Shown piece after piece: positions 24,935-38,483 of a stretch of 64,000 nucleotides of DNA. Position 1 is the first letter of the stretch, and each line of letters begins with the position of its first letter. The translations under genes were made by a program, and so were the position numbers. The stretch covers positions 54,064,001 through 54,128,000 of the forward strand of contig NC_043013.1 of the NCBI RefSeq assembly GCF_006345805.1. Reading direction: 5' to 3'. Below the pieces are notes generated by a model. That model was not told where the DNA came from. It saw nothing but the letters and a program-made list of their open reading frames with translations, and made no database searches. Source of the stretch: Octopus sinensis (Eukaryota).

Positions 24935-27667
24935 TATTATTATTATTATTATTATTAATAATAATAATAATAATAATAATAGGCAATCGCATCAGTTTTT
25001 TTTTCGTCACTTTATGATTTCTTTTGGCTAGCTTTTTAATCATACCTCACCCTCCTGTACTAAAATTAATACTCTTTATCATGATGAGTATCCAAATGTG
25101 CTGCATTCTTTACACAATGAAACATAATTGTTAGTGTTAGTTGATATTTCTTGAATATGGAATGAAATGTCTTTCTACTTGCTACTCTGCAGTATGTAGC
25201 AGTAAGGTTTTGAAAAGTCAGAATTTTTATTAATTAGACATTTCAAAAATCTCACCCTATACTCATTCCTTCAGAAATTAATAGGTTTCTGAATAACAAT
25301 TCTTAACTCTAGTAAAATGTCTAATTATATTATTGAAACCGTATATTTACAGATCAGTGAAGAATTCAATAACAGTATTACTCTAATTACTGATTTAATG
25401 AAAAACCATAATAGATCTTTAAAAATATTTACAGATACATCTAGGAAAATGTAGCATAGATCTGGGGAAAAGATTTTTTATAATTTTTGTTGATTTTTTT
25501 TTGAGTCGGTGAATAATTGTGATAACTATGTTTAGGTGGAACATAAAAAATGCAACATGCACTTAAAAGAAAACAATGAAATATTAGCATTCTAAATGGA
25601 CTGATTTATTATGCAGATCTAAATTAATACATATAGCCTAACACATGAGAGAGGCATATCTATCTCATATCTACACTTATTTTAAATGGAGAAAAAAATT
25701 TAAATAACTGAAATAATATAAATGAAATAACAAAATAAATTACCAAATTACAAAGAATGCATAATTTTTCATGCATATTTAACTTTTAACTATTGTTTTA
25801 TATTTAATCATAATTTTCTATTTACAAAACCTTTCTATGATAATGTTTCCATAACTATCATCACAGACAATGAAGATATTTATTGAGCTGCTACAAAAAG
25901 GGGACTGCGTTCATAAAAACAAACAAAACAACTGTTTTTCAGAAAACAAAAAAAAATCTAAAACAAATGGATTGAATACAAACTTCAAAACAAATAAATT
26001 GTAAGAAGGAAAACAAATAGGTTAGATAACAGGGATGAATAATAGAGATACTCTTGAAGATGGAAGTGATGAGTGGGGCAGTCTCGTGACATTGATATAG
26101 TATATTGTCGTTTATCAAAATACTGTAAATACTAGATTACTCTTGATCTCTGATCACTGCAATCTTATTAGGAATTAACTTTTTCAAAAATTTGGGTAAA
26201 AAATTGAAGAAATAGTTTATAAATGGCACCACTGAAAGTTTATGAGAGACACATGTAGTTACTTTAATATTAACCTTTTAGCATACAGATTACTCTGTCA
26301 AATTTTATATTTATGAATTCACATTGTTTTGAATTAATCGTGCATTATCTTGTACCTTTGAGGTTCTGATGATGTGGTTGCATATCTTTAGAGTGACATT
26401 GTAGGGTATCTGTAAGTGGCTAGATTTTAACATTTTAGATATAAAACAGATAGATATGGCCAGTTTAAATGGTAAAGGATTGAGGTGCACATTTTGAAGC
26501 TCAGTATATTTCCATATTTCATCCTAAATCCAACATGTTTTATTGAGGACTGGTTACGTAGTTACATATCCCAGTAACTCATTCTCGTTCATTGTCCATT
26601 AAGGCTCCAGTAAAATTTATATTCTACTTTCAGCATGTTCCAGTACTCTGGGAAACACTTTGTGAATCAGCAAAATTGATAAAGGGTAGATAGAATACTT
26701 TGCAGTGTTTATTCTAAGTCTCTACATTTTAAGCTTAAATTTCAGTAAAGTCAACTTTGCTTTTCTTCATTTCAAGATTGATAAAAAAAAAAGAAAAAAA
26801 AAAAGAATCCAGTCTGTGGGATTAACAGAACAGTAAGAGGGCCACTCAGAATCCTTGCAGTATCTGTTTTGGCTTTTTGCATTTTGACAGCAATGCCAAA
26901 GTTTTGGCCCAAATCGGAGACCTTTTCCTTGGGTAAAGAGTGGTTCCATGGAAAAAGAAGAGTTGCATGCATGACCAAATGTCAGTCTTCTCTCAAGAAA
27001 TTTTGTGCAGGCTTGAGTATTTAAGGGCAGGTTTCACCAATGAAGGCCCTCAACCACTGGGAATATGCTCTGTCATTTGTTAAAATACTTTGTTATATAT
27101 TGAAATAATTTTCAACTTCTTTGAATTGTAACTTAGCCAGTGTATTCTTTGTCTGTCACTACTTCTTACTCTCCATTCCTCTCCCTTTTCTGTGGTCAGA
27201 CCTGGAGGGAAATGGACTCCAAGTCTAGGTGTCTATTACATATACCTTGACAGCACCCCAAGGAGTGCCTAGTACATATGCCTTGACAGTACCATGAGGA
27301 GTTCAAGGCACAAATGTCTAGTATTTCCTGACAGCTACTGTTCTAAAACCTCTTGTGTTAGATCTAAATTACAATTATTTTCATTGGATAATAATTTTAC
27401 AACAACCACAGTTATTTGTTATTGTTTCATCCAGGCTGTCTCTGATTTAACAAATATATGATTAGAAACTTGAAACCCTGACTATCTTTTTAGTCAGATA
27501 AGGTATATCAATTAACAATAGGTTGCTTAAAACATTAGGGTGTAATATAAGCAAGATTTAGCAGCACGTGGAGCATGACCAGAGAGAGTGTCTCTTCGTG
27601 GTTTATACACTTGCTTTCATAAGTATATAAATGCTGTAGAAAATTTTGAGTAGATTATGTTATTGGT

Positions 27668-27855
27668 TTCAAATGTTGGCACCAGACCAGTGACCTTAGT
27701 GGAAGGGGTAAGTCGATTAAAATGATCCCAGTGCTCAACTTGTACTTATTTTATCAGCCATGAAAGGGTGAAAGGCAAAGTCATCCCTGGCAATACTTGA
27801 ACTCAGGCGAAATGCCGCTAAGCATTTTGCTCAGCAGACTAATTCTGCTAGCTAG
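27668..27855 (-). mobile_element. Degenerate SINE (family A)
   Basis: aaggcaaagtc...ttgaactcaggcgaaatgccgctaagcattttgc. Confidence 0.6.
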
Positions 27856-28502
27856 GGCATTAACTAGAGCTGCAGTATCAGTTTTCTTGGCATCAATTAT
27901 AAAATGTCATTTTTAACATGAACATGTTTTGCATTAATTTCTTACATTTTTTTATCTTTTTGTTTCTGAATATCTGTTGACAATATTATGATTAAAAACT
28001 GCCATGAAAAGAACTAGCTGCATAAGTTTTTCATCTCTAACAAAATAAAGTTGATCAATTAGAAATCTATAATTTTGATCATAAACTGTTTGTTAAAAAT
28101 ATCAATGCTAAGTAAATGCTTTAAAATATTCTGAGATTGAGTGTAAGAGATGCTTGAAGAGAATTTTTGTTTGTTGTTACTCCAGTTTTTCAATGGGTTT
28201 GATGATCATTGATTGAGGCATTGTTTTACATTGGAATATCCTTCCTTTCACTAATCCATATCTGTTTTTCAAGTAATCAGTCTCTTATTCCATGTCTATG
28301 AAAGAGTAGAGGCTGTAGATAATTTGTTGTCATGTAAAACAAGAATAGTATTACTACTTGTAGTTCAGTGATTTTCAGAATAGTGCCAAGAAAAACAAAC
28401 ATGTAAACACAGACATGTGATGAACTTACTAGAGTTTCTGTCTATCAAATTCACTTACAAAGCATCCATTATCCTGCAGCTATAGTGTGGGCCAGCTCCC
28501 CT

Positions 28503-28935
28503 GCCCTGAATGTCATATTTAGAAAGGGCCTCGAATTGGCTGGGTTTCCATCACAACTGGAGCCAGTAGGTCTTGGCCATAGGAATGGTAAGTGCCCCTA
28601 TGGAATGACACTCTTCCTATATGAGAGACAAAAATCCCTAATCTGGGAGGTGATGTGCTGCAACATATTCTCTGGCCCCCAACTTTGCTGCATTGGCTAC
28701 GAACCTGGGTATTTCTGTTTATTATGCGAGGGAGAAGATATACAAATACAAGAGACTGACCGACCACTATTTGTTTGTATCAATCACAGTCTCTGCTGCT
28801 TTCCTCCTCAAAATTGGGATAACTGTGGCCCATCTCAGAAATGAGACCTGCGAGGCAGGGTGGGTGTTTCAGCAAGTGTCACTTGCCATTCTTTGCATTG
28901 ACACATTTGCAATCATGTCTCCGAGGCATGGCTGA
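28503..28935 (+). mobile_element. Remnant of a CRE/SLACS-like RLE non-LTR retrotransposon (restriction-like endonuclease C-terminus)
   Basis: Two frames read ALNVIFRKGLELAGFPSQLEPVGLGHRNGKCPYGMTLF..KSLIWEVMC and KIYKYKRLTDHYLFVSI...WVFQQVSLAIL. This resembles the recalled CRE RLE consensus (EPxGL..DGKRPDG.T...W..L.WD.T...K..KY..L...Y.F.P). Confidence 0.7.
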
Positions 28936-29034
28936 ACACTCCATTTGTTCTGGGAAGTACAACCTAAGCAAGCTGTGTTTTGTTATTTACTGTTTGTATT
29001 TTGAACAGTTGTTGTCCTAAAGGCAATAAACTAC

Positions 29035-29128
29035 ATGAAATATATACATATGCATACATACCTATAATATATATATGTATATATATATAGATATATAGAT
29101 ATATATATACACACATACATACAATATA

Positions 29129-29168
<40 letters not shown>
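29035..29168. repeat. (TA)n-type microsatellite
   Basis: Directly visible. Confidence 0.95.
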
Positions 29169-29171
<3 letters not shown>

Positions 29172-30194
29172 CATTAGTTGACCAATATACCAAGCAGTGG
29201 GACTGAACCGGAAACCATTGTTGTAAAGCAAACTTCTTAAATATACACACAGCCATATCTGGGCCTTTCAACCCATCTGGAGTATTTAGAAAAGAATATT
29301 CCAGGTTCATGCATGTTCTGCTGTGAGCCATGTGGTGTGAGTTTACTATTTGTGATTCATTGCTATGATATAGCTTGATAGAAGCTAATACTTTTCACTA
29401 TGCTTGAAGTAAGAAGACTTCTCCAACAACATGAGATAATAAAAACTTTACTTTAAAGAATGTAATGGCAATGTCTAGTCATATGAACTAATATAATTCA
29501 CAGCTCTGTAGTAAAACTGAAAAGAATTTTCAGCTATCTCCTATGTTTTGTGTAATGATATTTTTAAAATGAATAACATTTCTTAATAAATATGTATGGA
29601 TCATAGATTAGAGACAGAAACTTACACAGGTTGTTCTATAGTGGTGGTATGAGGTACTTTCAAATCTGTTTAAGTTATTAAAATTAAAATACATCAGCTT
29701 TAGATTTGTGTGTGAAATATATACATACATACATATAATATATATATGTATATATATATATACACACACACACATATATATATGATATATTCATGAGAAT
29801 TAAGAGAAATCTTAGGACACTATTAAGATAGTAATATTATTCTACTTTTGTCATGATATTTAGGTTGCTACTATTGAAATGTTCGTCAATATGATAGTGT
29901 GTATGGTGAAGTTTTTTCATTTACTTAATATTTTCAGATTGGCTTCCTAACATGCTTGACTGAATTTAAAGAATTTTCTTTAACCCTTTACCTTTTAAAC
30001 TAAATTATTCTGTTTTATTTTCAAAGAAGCCAGTTCTGAGCTCTTACGCCTACGCAACAATGTCAGTCCCAAAATAGTCATATCATTGAAATCTTGACAC
30101 TATGAGATAATGCAAGTCTAACTGGAAACTATGGGAGTAAATAAGTATCACATTTGATAGAGTAATCAGAATGTTAATGAGTTATGTTGAATGA

Positions 30195-30590
30195 GAGGTG
30201 CTGGTGTGGTTTGTGATAAGAAGCTTGCTTCCCAATCACATGGTCCCATGTTCAGTTCCACTGCATGGCTACCTGGAGAAGTGTCTTCTGCTATAGCCTC
30301 AGGCCAACCAACGCTTTGTGAGTGGATTTGGTAGATGGAAATTAAAAGGAAACCATTGTGTATATATGTCTGTGTGCGTTTGTCCCCCCACCACTGCTTG
30401 ACAACTGGTGCTGGTTTGTTTACATCCCTGTAACTTAGCAGTTTGGCAAAAGAGACCGATAGAATATGTATCATGCTTTAAAAATTTAAGTACTACAGTC
30501 AATTCAGTTAAGTAAACAATTATTCTTTGATGCAGTGCCCCATCATGGCCGTGGTCTAATGACTCAAACAAGTAAAAGAAAAAGGATAAA
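30195..30590 (+). mobile_element. tRNA-derived SINE (family B), near full length
   Basis: Head gctggtgtggtttgtgataagaagcttgcttcccaatcacatggtcccatgttcagttcc, body gtgtcttctgctatagcctc, 3' tail gtgccccatcatggccgtggtctaatgactcaaacaagtaaaaga. Confidence 0.8.
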
Positions 30591-31859
30591 AAAAAATAGA
30601 TACAGGCATGGCTGTGTGGTTAAGAAGTTCACTTCTTAATTGCATCGTCTCAGGTTCAATCCCACATTTTGGTGTCTTCTGCTATAGTCCTGGCCGACAG
30701 AAGCCTTGAGAGTGAATTTGATGGAAATTCAAGAGGAGTCACCTTATGTATATGGGTGTGTTTGTGTATGACTGCACTTGTTTATTCAAAAGTTATGAGG
30801 TTGAGGCAGTGTTGTTTTCTTGTCAATAACTTGTTTGCATGCTTTGTGCCTTCAAGACCATTTGAAATAAGAGATCCTTTATTAAAAGCCAGTAAAGGTG
30901 GACATCAGAAAGGACATTTGGCTGTAAAACAATACCTCAATAACATTTTCATCTGAACCCTGCCAAGGTGGAAAAGTGGGTGTCATATGAATGAAAGAAT
31001 GAATGATTAAAACTGAGTACTGGGTACTTGCATGATTTTGAAAAGTTATTTCACCTTGTTATGGAAAACAACAAAAATAAAATTGAATAAAAAAAAGAGA
31101 ATTAAAGAATAATTTAGTAAGAGCATGCATTTAATGTTAATCCAAGATCCAAATTTTCTTACACCAAAATAAATAAATAAAATAAGGATAAAAAGGAAAA
31201 CTTGATTTATAAAGTTAGAATATTCTTGACTACAAGGGAAAGAAGGGGAGAAACATTTTGCATCCTTTGTTTCCTCTGGTGTTACCAAAAATTGCAGAAG
31301 AAAATATTACAATTATTAAGCAGAGAGATATTAAAGGAAAGCTAGAAATTATTTGGAAACTGATTAAGAATTGGAGGATATCTTTTGGCAACGGTAGACT
31401 TACACTGAAATGTGCAGCATGGATTTTGTGGACCTATTAATTAGATAAAAAAATAAATGGCAAAAGTCACATCAGTGATGATGTTTTTGGAAATGATTCT
31501 AATAAATTAAAATGAGATATTTCCAGATGAAGGAGAACTCTTAAAAATCATGTATCAATATTAAATTGGAAAACAAATTACACGAGCCTTCAAATTAATT
31601 TTGAAAAATAAAACAAATTGTTTATTAATGTTTTATGCATCTAAATTATATTTTGCTTGACTTATATTACACATAACTTATAAAGCTGTTTCATTTTTAT
31701 GTTCATTAACATTATCTTGTGTTAACTTCCTACATAATTTTATATTCATGCAGCTCATCTGATATTCACTTCCACATTGCAAATATTTCAAAATTCATAT
31801 ACAAATAATTATTTACTAAATATAACTTATTTGGCTTCACTTTGTTTTATATGTCTGTC

Positions 31860-31860
<1 letters not shown>

Positions 31861-31899
<39 letters not shown>

Positions 31900-31995
31900 T
31901 ATATATAGATATATATACATATGTGTGGATATGTATGTATGTGTGTATATGTATGTATGTTGTATATATGTGTATGTGTATATATGTATGTATAC

Positions 31996-32040
<45 letters not shown>

Positions 32041-32202
32041 CTCTAGTCTGGTTGATCTTCGACACTCATGGAGTGGTTACCTCCCCTGTCAGTGTATATA
32101 TTTTTGCTCTTCTTACAGCTATGAGTATTTTAACTGTTATTTCTAGCAATATTGGTGCTTCAGCATCTTTAGTCACATTTGGTGATGATTGAATGTTTCC
32201 TG

Positions 32203-32235
<33 letters not shown>

Positions 32236-32310
32236 TACATACATACATGCATGCACGCGTGCACACACACACACACACACACATATATATTACATACATA
32301 TCTACATACA
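31861..32310. repeat. (TA)n/(TATG)n/(CA)n microsatellite cluster
   Basis: Two arrays (31861-32040, 32200-32310) separated by ~160 bp of unique sequence. Confidence 0.9.
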
Positions 32311-33606
32311 TGTATGTCTGGTTCTTTGCTAAGAAGATCTCTTTGCAATGACATGATTTCAGGCTCAAGCACATTGCAAAACATCCTAGACAAGTATCTA
32401 CTTCTACAACCACTAATAAATTCCTTGTGAAACCATGAGATCCAGTCACATACACGTGCATGCACATTTGTGTGTTGTATGTGCCTGCAAATGTTGATGT
32501 TGCAACTGGTTGATCTGCAGTGGGGAAAGAAATCCCTTCCTTCAAAAACAGGCGATTGCACCAGAAAGGGCATCCAGCTGTAAAATGTTGCCTCAATAGG
32601 GGTTCCAACCTATACTAGTAAAACAGATGTTAAAACAAATGCATGAATGAGAGTTTTCGTTATGAGTATCCTACCAAACATTGCCAATAGTTGTAAAAAG
32701 ATAGACATTTAGAGACATAAATTGGTAGAATGACTTTCAGATAATTACATGAATTTATGGAATTTTTAAAAGAATTTAAGTAGTTGTGTTCTTGTCTTTT
32801 TGCATTTATAATCCAGCTTTCAATATCTTCCTTTTGATTTCATAATCTTCCACTTACCTATCTGTTTCCATAACAACCTTTTCCCTGTCAACCAACCTAT
32901 ATCCTAATATATTTCTTCAATAAAACCCCACATTTCCTTTTTTAAACTTTCTTGTATTCATAATTTTATCTCTCATTCTACCTATTTATCTGCACTTGTC
33001 TATCTAACCATTTTATTTATCCTAATAGTTTTCTTAAGCACTCCCATAAACAACAATAACCACCCCACTGTCCTAACTCCAACAAAACAATAAAAAAAGC
33101 AAATTAAAATTACATCCCATCCCCACCACAAACATTGAATATCACCATTCTACAAAAAGAGAAAAAACTGACAAGGCAGAAAACTAATAGCCAAACAGTA
33201 AATGCAAAACCCCAACAACTGGGCAGGTACAAGCGAAAGACTACACCCATACCAATGAATATAAGTAAACCCAATAGTTATCTCCTGGATAAGATGCAAC
33301 ATTCCGAACAGTTTCCACTTTTTATTATTATTGTTGTATGAACAGTAGTAAGTTGTCTCCCATTACTTGATTGAGCCCCATGCATTAAAGGGGACACACA
33401 CACACACACTCTCTCATTTATATGCATATACATATAAAATTGCATATATTTATATAAAACCATCCCCATTGTACTGGTGTTTTCCATGTCGACATGGGTT
33501 AGAGAGTTTGACATGGGGGTCACATGTTGCTGACAGTGGGGAAAGAGTATAAGTTAATGTATGATGGAAGAAACAGTAACAGAGTAACAAGGAAACGAAT
33601 GATGGA

Positions 33607-33735
33607 GGCGCAATGGCCTAGTGGTTAGAGCAGCGGACTCATGGTTGTAGGATCGTGGTTTCGATTCCCAGACTAGGTGTTGTGAGTGTTTATTGAGCGA
33701 AAACACCTAAAACTCCACGAGGCTCTGGCAGAGGG
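33607..33735 (+). mobile_element. tRNA-like SINE head (family C)
   Basis: ggcgcaatggcctagtggttagagcagcggactc...ggtttcgattcccagac with Pol III A box (TGGCCTAGTGG) and B box (GGTTTCGATTCC); acceptor stem not closed. Confidence 0.7.
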
Positions 33736-33754
33736 AGGGACAAGAAAAAGTAAG

Positions 33755-33968
33755 GTGGCAAGCTGGCAGAAATGTTAGCACGCCGGGGGAAACGCTTAGT
33801 GGTATTTCGTCTGCCATTACGTTCTGAGTTCAAATTCTGCCGAGGTCAACTTTGCCTTTCATCCTTTCGGGGTCGATAAATTAAGTACCAGCTATATAAT
33901 CGACTTAATCCGTTTGTCTGTCCTTGTTTGTCCTCTCTGTGTTTAGCCCCTTGTGGGTAGTAAAGAAA
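33755..33968 (+). mobile_element. tRNA-derived SINE (family A), well preserved
   Basis: aaggtggcaagctggcagaaatgttagcacgccgg...gagttcaaattctgccgaggtc...tttagccccttgtgggtagtaaagaaat; matches 24670-24906. Confidence 0.8.
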
Positions 33969-36826
33969 TAGAATGTCAAGGGGAAATAATGGAGGAGACT
34001 GGAGAAGGGTTAAGAAAGGGTGGGTTAGGGTTAAAAAGGATGGGGTGGGTTGAATTGTTGGACCCCAATGATAGAGGGGATAGGTTTGATTTCCATGCTT
34101 GCAGGACATTTTTTAAAGATCCAAGTTCTTATTAGAGTTACCAGGTTTATTGCTGAGAAAAGAGAGTAATGGGAAAACTAAGAGACAGCGTTAGAGAGAG
34201 GGGAAAGAGAAGGAATAGAAAGAGAAGAATTAGTGAGAAAGTTGGAGAGTGGTAGGGGTGGGTTAAGGAAGAGGAAATGCCATGTTACATCATGGGTGGG
34301 TAGAGTGGTGCAGAAAGGAGAGATAAGGCGAGAATTAGAAAGCAGAGTGTCTCTTCAAGGAAGTACATCCAAGGGAACAAAGTGTCAGAAGAATCCAGGG
34401 TGGTAGGTAAAGGTTGCTAGGGTGCAATCTCTTGCAAGTCAACCATCAGGATTTTGGAAGGAGACGAGATGAAGGAGGAGTGGCTAGATATGTGTGGTGG
34501 CAGGGGGAGTTTAGTGGATATTCAATATGCACAGATTGTTTTCCTATCACTTATGAGGGGGAGAATTTGGTGAGGTGATAAGAAAGGATAGAATATGTTG
34601 AATGGGTTGGAGAGATATGGGGGAGATGTGAGGGTATGAAGGCTCAGGAGGATATAAAGACATGATAATAGGTAATAGCTTTTTTACAACTTGTTTTTTT
34701 TTACTCTAGCTATGCTTTTAGAACATCAGCTACACTTCATTAGGCCCCTACATAATAGAAATTATCAACAGCTTCCAAAGAGAGCCCCTGGTGTTAGAGA
34801 TTTGTTGTTTGTCTTCACACAGCTGCCTCTGACTTCACCATACCTCTTGTGTATCACACACACACACATGACCACTGTGCTTCAATGTGTCTTGAAAAGC
34901 AACCAACAGTGCTAGCATCAGGTGTAAAGCTACGTCTAAATGTCTTATTCAGCCCATCCCAGCTGGAAAAGATTTAGAAATAATAACGATGTATTTGTCA
35001 GCCATATCTTGCCAAATTGACCAGTGAAAATTCATGATAATTTGGTGTTAATTTTACATTGTAAAAAGTTTTGTTTTTCCTGTCTTATTGCTTTTGTTCA
35101 ACTTCTGCCTTGTTGCGTATTACCTCAAGTGTTTGCTTGTATACTTTACTTCCAAAATAAAGGTACCTCTTAAACTTTACAGCTTAAGGAGATTAATTTA
35201 CTGCTTAACCCCTATAAAATTTCAAGGTTAGGTTTATCTTATTTAGGCCAAGACTTTTTCTTGCTTTAGAGTCAAACTTGACTAACTTCAACAGTAATTT
35301 TTTTATCTTTCTAATGTCCATTGAAATCAGCCCTTCCATTTAATATGCTACACCCGTGGACAATTGTAGGGTTGTAATGACTGAACTAATTACATTTCAT
35401 TACATAATTAAAAGTTTCTCACACATCACTGATGACATGATTATCACTCAAGACGAATATTATCATTATAACTGCAAATATGACTCACTCCTACAAAATA
35501 TTTAAATTTTTATTCCCCAGATCATTTATTTGCTATCCAGCTCTAGTTAGTCACTCTACTAGCAATCAAGTATAGACTGTCATTACATTTTAAGTTTATA
35601 TCCAATTTAGTAAATATGTACAAACTACTTTTGGTATAAAAAACATTTTGAAAAGTATCATAAGCTGTACACTTATTAAAATTAGTTTTGAAATATGCTT
35701 TATTTGATGTTTAACCTTTTTAAATGAATATAAAGTCAAACATTAGTTCAATATATAATCAGATTGTCTTTTAGAAAAGTGATAAAAGGAAAGAAATAGT
35801 TGTGTTGCTGAAAAACTAAAATAAATATTCTACATTTTATGAGATTGAAAATGTATTATTGAAAACAGACTTCAATGGATCTTCAAATTATATACAATGC
35901 CAGATATTTTAATAAAGTATTCCATTTGATACTTAGTATATTTAAAAAATAACTTTTAGTTGTATAAATACTTTTAACTGAAGTATGTTTAAAACTGTTA
36001 TATACAAATGAGTATAATTGTGAACTGATTTATGCAGAATAAACAAATCTGCACTCACTTGTTGCAAGTTATTGCATAAAATTGCGATATTAGATTTTGC
36101 TTTACTTCAAAGTAAAAAAACGATGTTTACATTCCGCAAAGATATTGATTAATTTGTATAAAGATGTAGGTTTTTACACATCATTAGCTCTTATGCTTAT
36201 AGCTGTTTAACTATCTCTCTCCCTCTAAAATTATATATGCAAATAGTGGTGATGAGCTGAGATTTTACACATGCACACACACACACTACTGATGCACATT
36301 TTATATTTAAATGTGCATATGTATATGCAATGTTTACTTTGTAAATTGTGTTATTTTCCTACTATGTGCAAAGGCAAACTCTGCCCGAAATGTCTATGCA
36401 AAGTCTAAGTTTCTCTGATCTCTTTTAAGTAGAATGCTAAAAACAGCTAAGAACATCATTGCATTTAAACGTATCTGGTCATCTCTGAAGTTAATATATT
36501 GTATATATACATATATTAAGATATAATTATATTTTAATAATTTGAGATGTCAACTGTATGTGTGTATTTCAAAGGAGGGACAAGTGCTAAGTAATATTGT
36601 TAAATTGATATTTCATATGTAAACTTTTATCATTCAGTCTGCGAGGACTTAGATTAATATATAAACGAGATTAAATGCAAACAATAGAGAACATATGTTT
36701 TGAACCATTGAATGGAACTGAAATTTCAACATTCCATACACCATTTATGTTTAATATTTTCGTCAGCTTTAAATGGATATAAAAGAGCAGGAATAGGAAA
36801 GAATGAGTCAAAATAAGGAAGCAAAC

Positions 36827-37156
36827 CTGCATGGGAACACTGGGAAGTTCCTTTCAAAATGTTATTACTGTTGAGACATAGTAATGCTTTGTAAGCTTTT
36901 CCCTCTCCACAGTCAGATTGTTGCAAAGATTCTTCATCAGTTGTTGATTGCATCTCTGGCCCTTGAGGAGAAAATGGAGAGAAAAGCTGTGATGTGTCAA
37001 CTTTATCTACCGGGGTGGTTCTTACTGGTTCTTCGATTATGCAGTCTGATTGATTACCAATAACTACTGGCTGAAATGGATCACATTGACAGTGCCTTCT
37101 CTGATAGCGAGGATATCTCTCACGGTTCTTGCATTCTGAATTATACTTGCTTTTAC
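36827..37156 (-). CDS. THSD7A: THSD7A/B-like internal coding exon (SKSKYNSECKNRERYPRYQRRHCQCDPFQPVVIGNQSDCII...SDCGEGKAYKALLCLNSNNILKGTSQCSHA)
   Basis: Acceptor ccttttAG at 37158-37157, donor GTTTGC at 36826; 330 nt, phase 1/1. Resembles the recalled vertebrate GKSKKKEKCKN..YP....CPCD....VGNWSDCI segment. Confidence 0.9.
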
Positions 37157-38452
37157 CTAAAAGGAATGAAAAAATATGAGTCACCATTATAAAGCTCAAA
37201 CTATAACAATATTTTAATGGTAAAAAATTTCATCATATATTGAAAGTCTAGTTTCAAGAACATTATTTACTTAGAAATATAAAATTTGACAAATAAAAAA
37301 GAATCCATATAAGTGACTGGAATAAATCTATACATAATAGTTTATATGATCAACAGGGACACTAAAAGCACACTGGAATCACAGACAGGCTGGCTGGGAA
37401 TAAAGATTTTGTATGGGGCAATAAAATATGTTCTTTTTAATATTTGGTTGTTTCCTAAAAGTAGTTGGCTGGTTGTAGTGACGACCTAGGTGGCCTATTC
37501 AAAAGTGGAGAGGGTGCTCTGAAAACAGAGTAGCCAGAATGAGAACAAAGTGGAAAAAGTTCAGGGAGCTGGTATCTCTATGCTGGGTGGGATGGTGGTC
37601 GTAGTGAGTGAAAGGCAGATGGTATGATGTTTGAGTAAGAACTGTGATGCATTGTGGTAGTGCAGGCTGGATAATGAATGTAGACATTTGAAGACTGGAA
37701 AGAAAGGAATCCTGCCATGCTGGATGTGTAATGTAAATGAGCAAGAATGTAGAGTTACAGATTAGTTGAGAGGTGTAAGAGGAACAAGATATGCGATGTA
37801 AGACAGTTCTGTGCTGATGATGCATATTGAGGCAGAAATATGCTTATGGATTATCCTTTTGTCTCCAGGTAAAACAATGTCTTTTACTTAATGGCATCTT
37901 AATTCAGGAGATTGTTGATTCCTTGAGATTATCTCCCCCCCCCCCCCATCTCATTTATATTGGTTGCAAATGCCACTAGGTGTACTGCAATATGAAAAGT
38001 TGCAGTGGTACCTTATTGGAGATGCATGGTCAACCAATGAGAAAGTGTCATGTCTGTGTGTCTGATGTATCAATTTTAGTCATAGTTTCTAACAACATTT
38101 GCAGATACACAGAAATTTTCATTGGTTGCCTGTAGTTACATTCTCTGGTTGTTAGTGTGTGGTTTTGTGTTGAAGTTTTTCATCATGGCAGTGAAATAAT
38201 AAAATATTGTGGCAATGAGTTTGTGGTTAGTTAAGATACATCTGGCATTAACGAGCTAATTATTAATTGCAGCATTCTTATAATACTTGATGACCTGTTC
38301 TTAAACATGCAAGTAACTTGAACTTGCCAGTAATATGATCATTTAACACTGACAATGGGGTCTGTGAAATTATAGGGCTTGAACTCATTAACCTATACTC
38401 CATACTTTAATGCTTCAACCTCACATCCATTGTCTCTTTTCATTTATTTCCA

Positions 38453-38483
<31 letters not shown>

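Noticed and set aside
26767-26978. Cys-containing ORF as a possible extra THSD7 exon
   Set aside because: No TSP1 motif or convincing splice sites, and the flanking exons already join in frame with collinear sequence.
33607-33680. Functional tRNA gene (also 60313-60454 and other SINE heads)
   Set aside because: A and B boxes are present, but acceptor and anticodon stems do not close properly and the heads run into SINE bodies.
33970-34680. Purine-rich stretch (also 7830-8220, 37480-37870, 52950-53530) as possible old LINE/PLE remnants
   Set aside because: Too decayed to assign family or boundaries without alignment.
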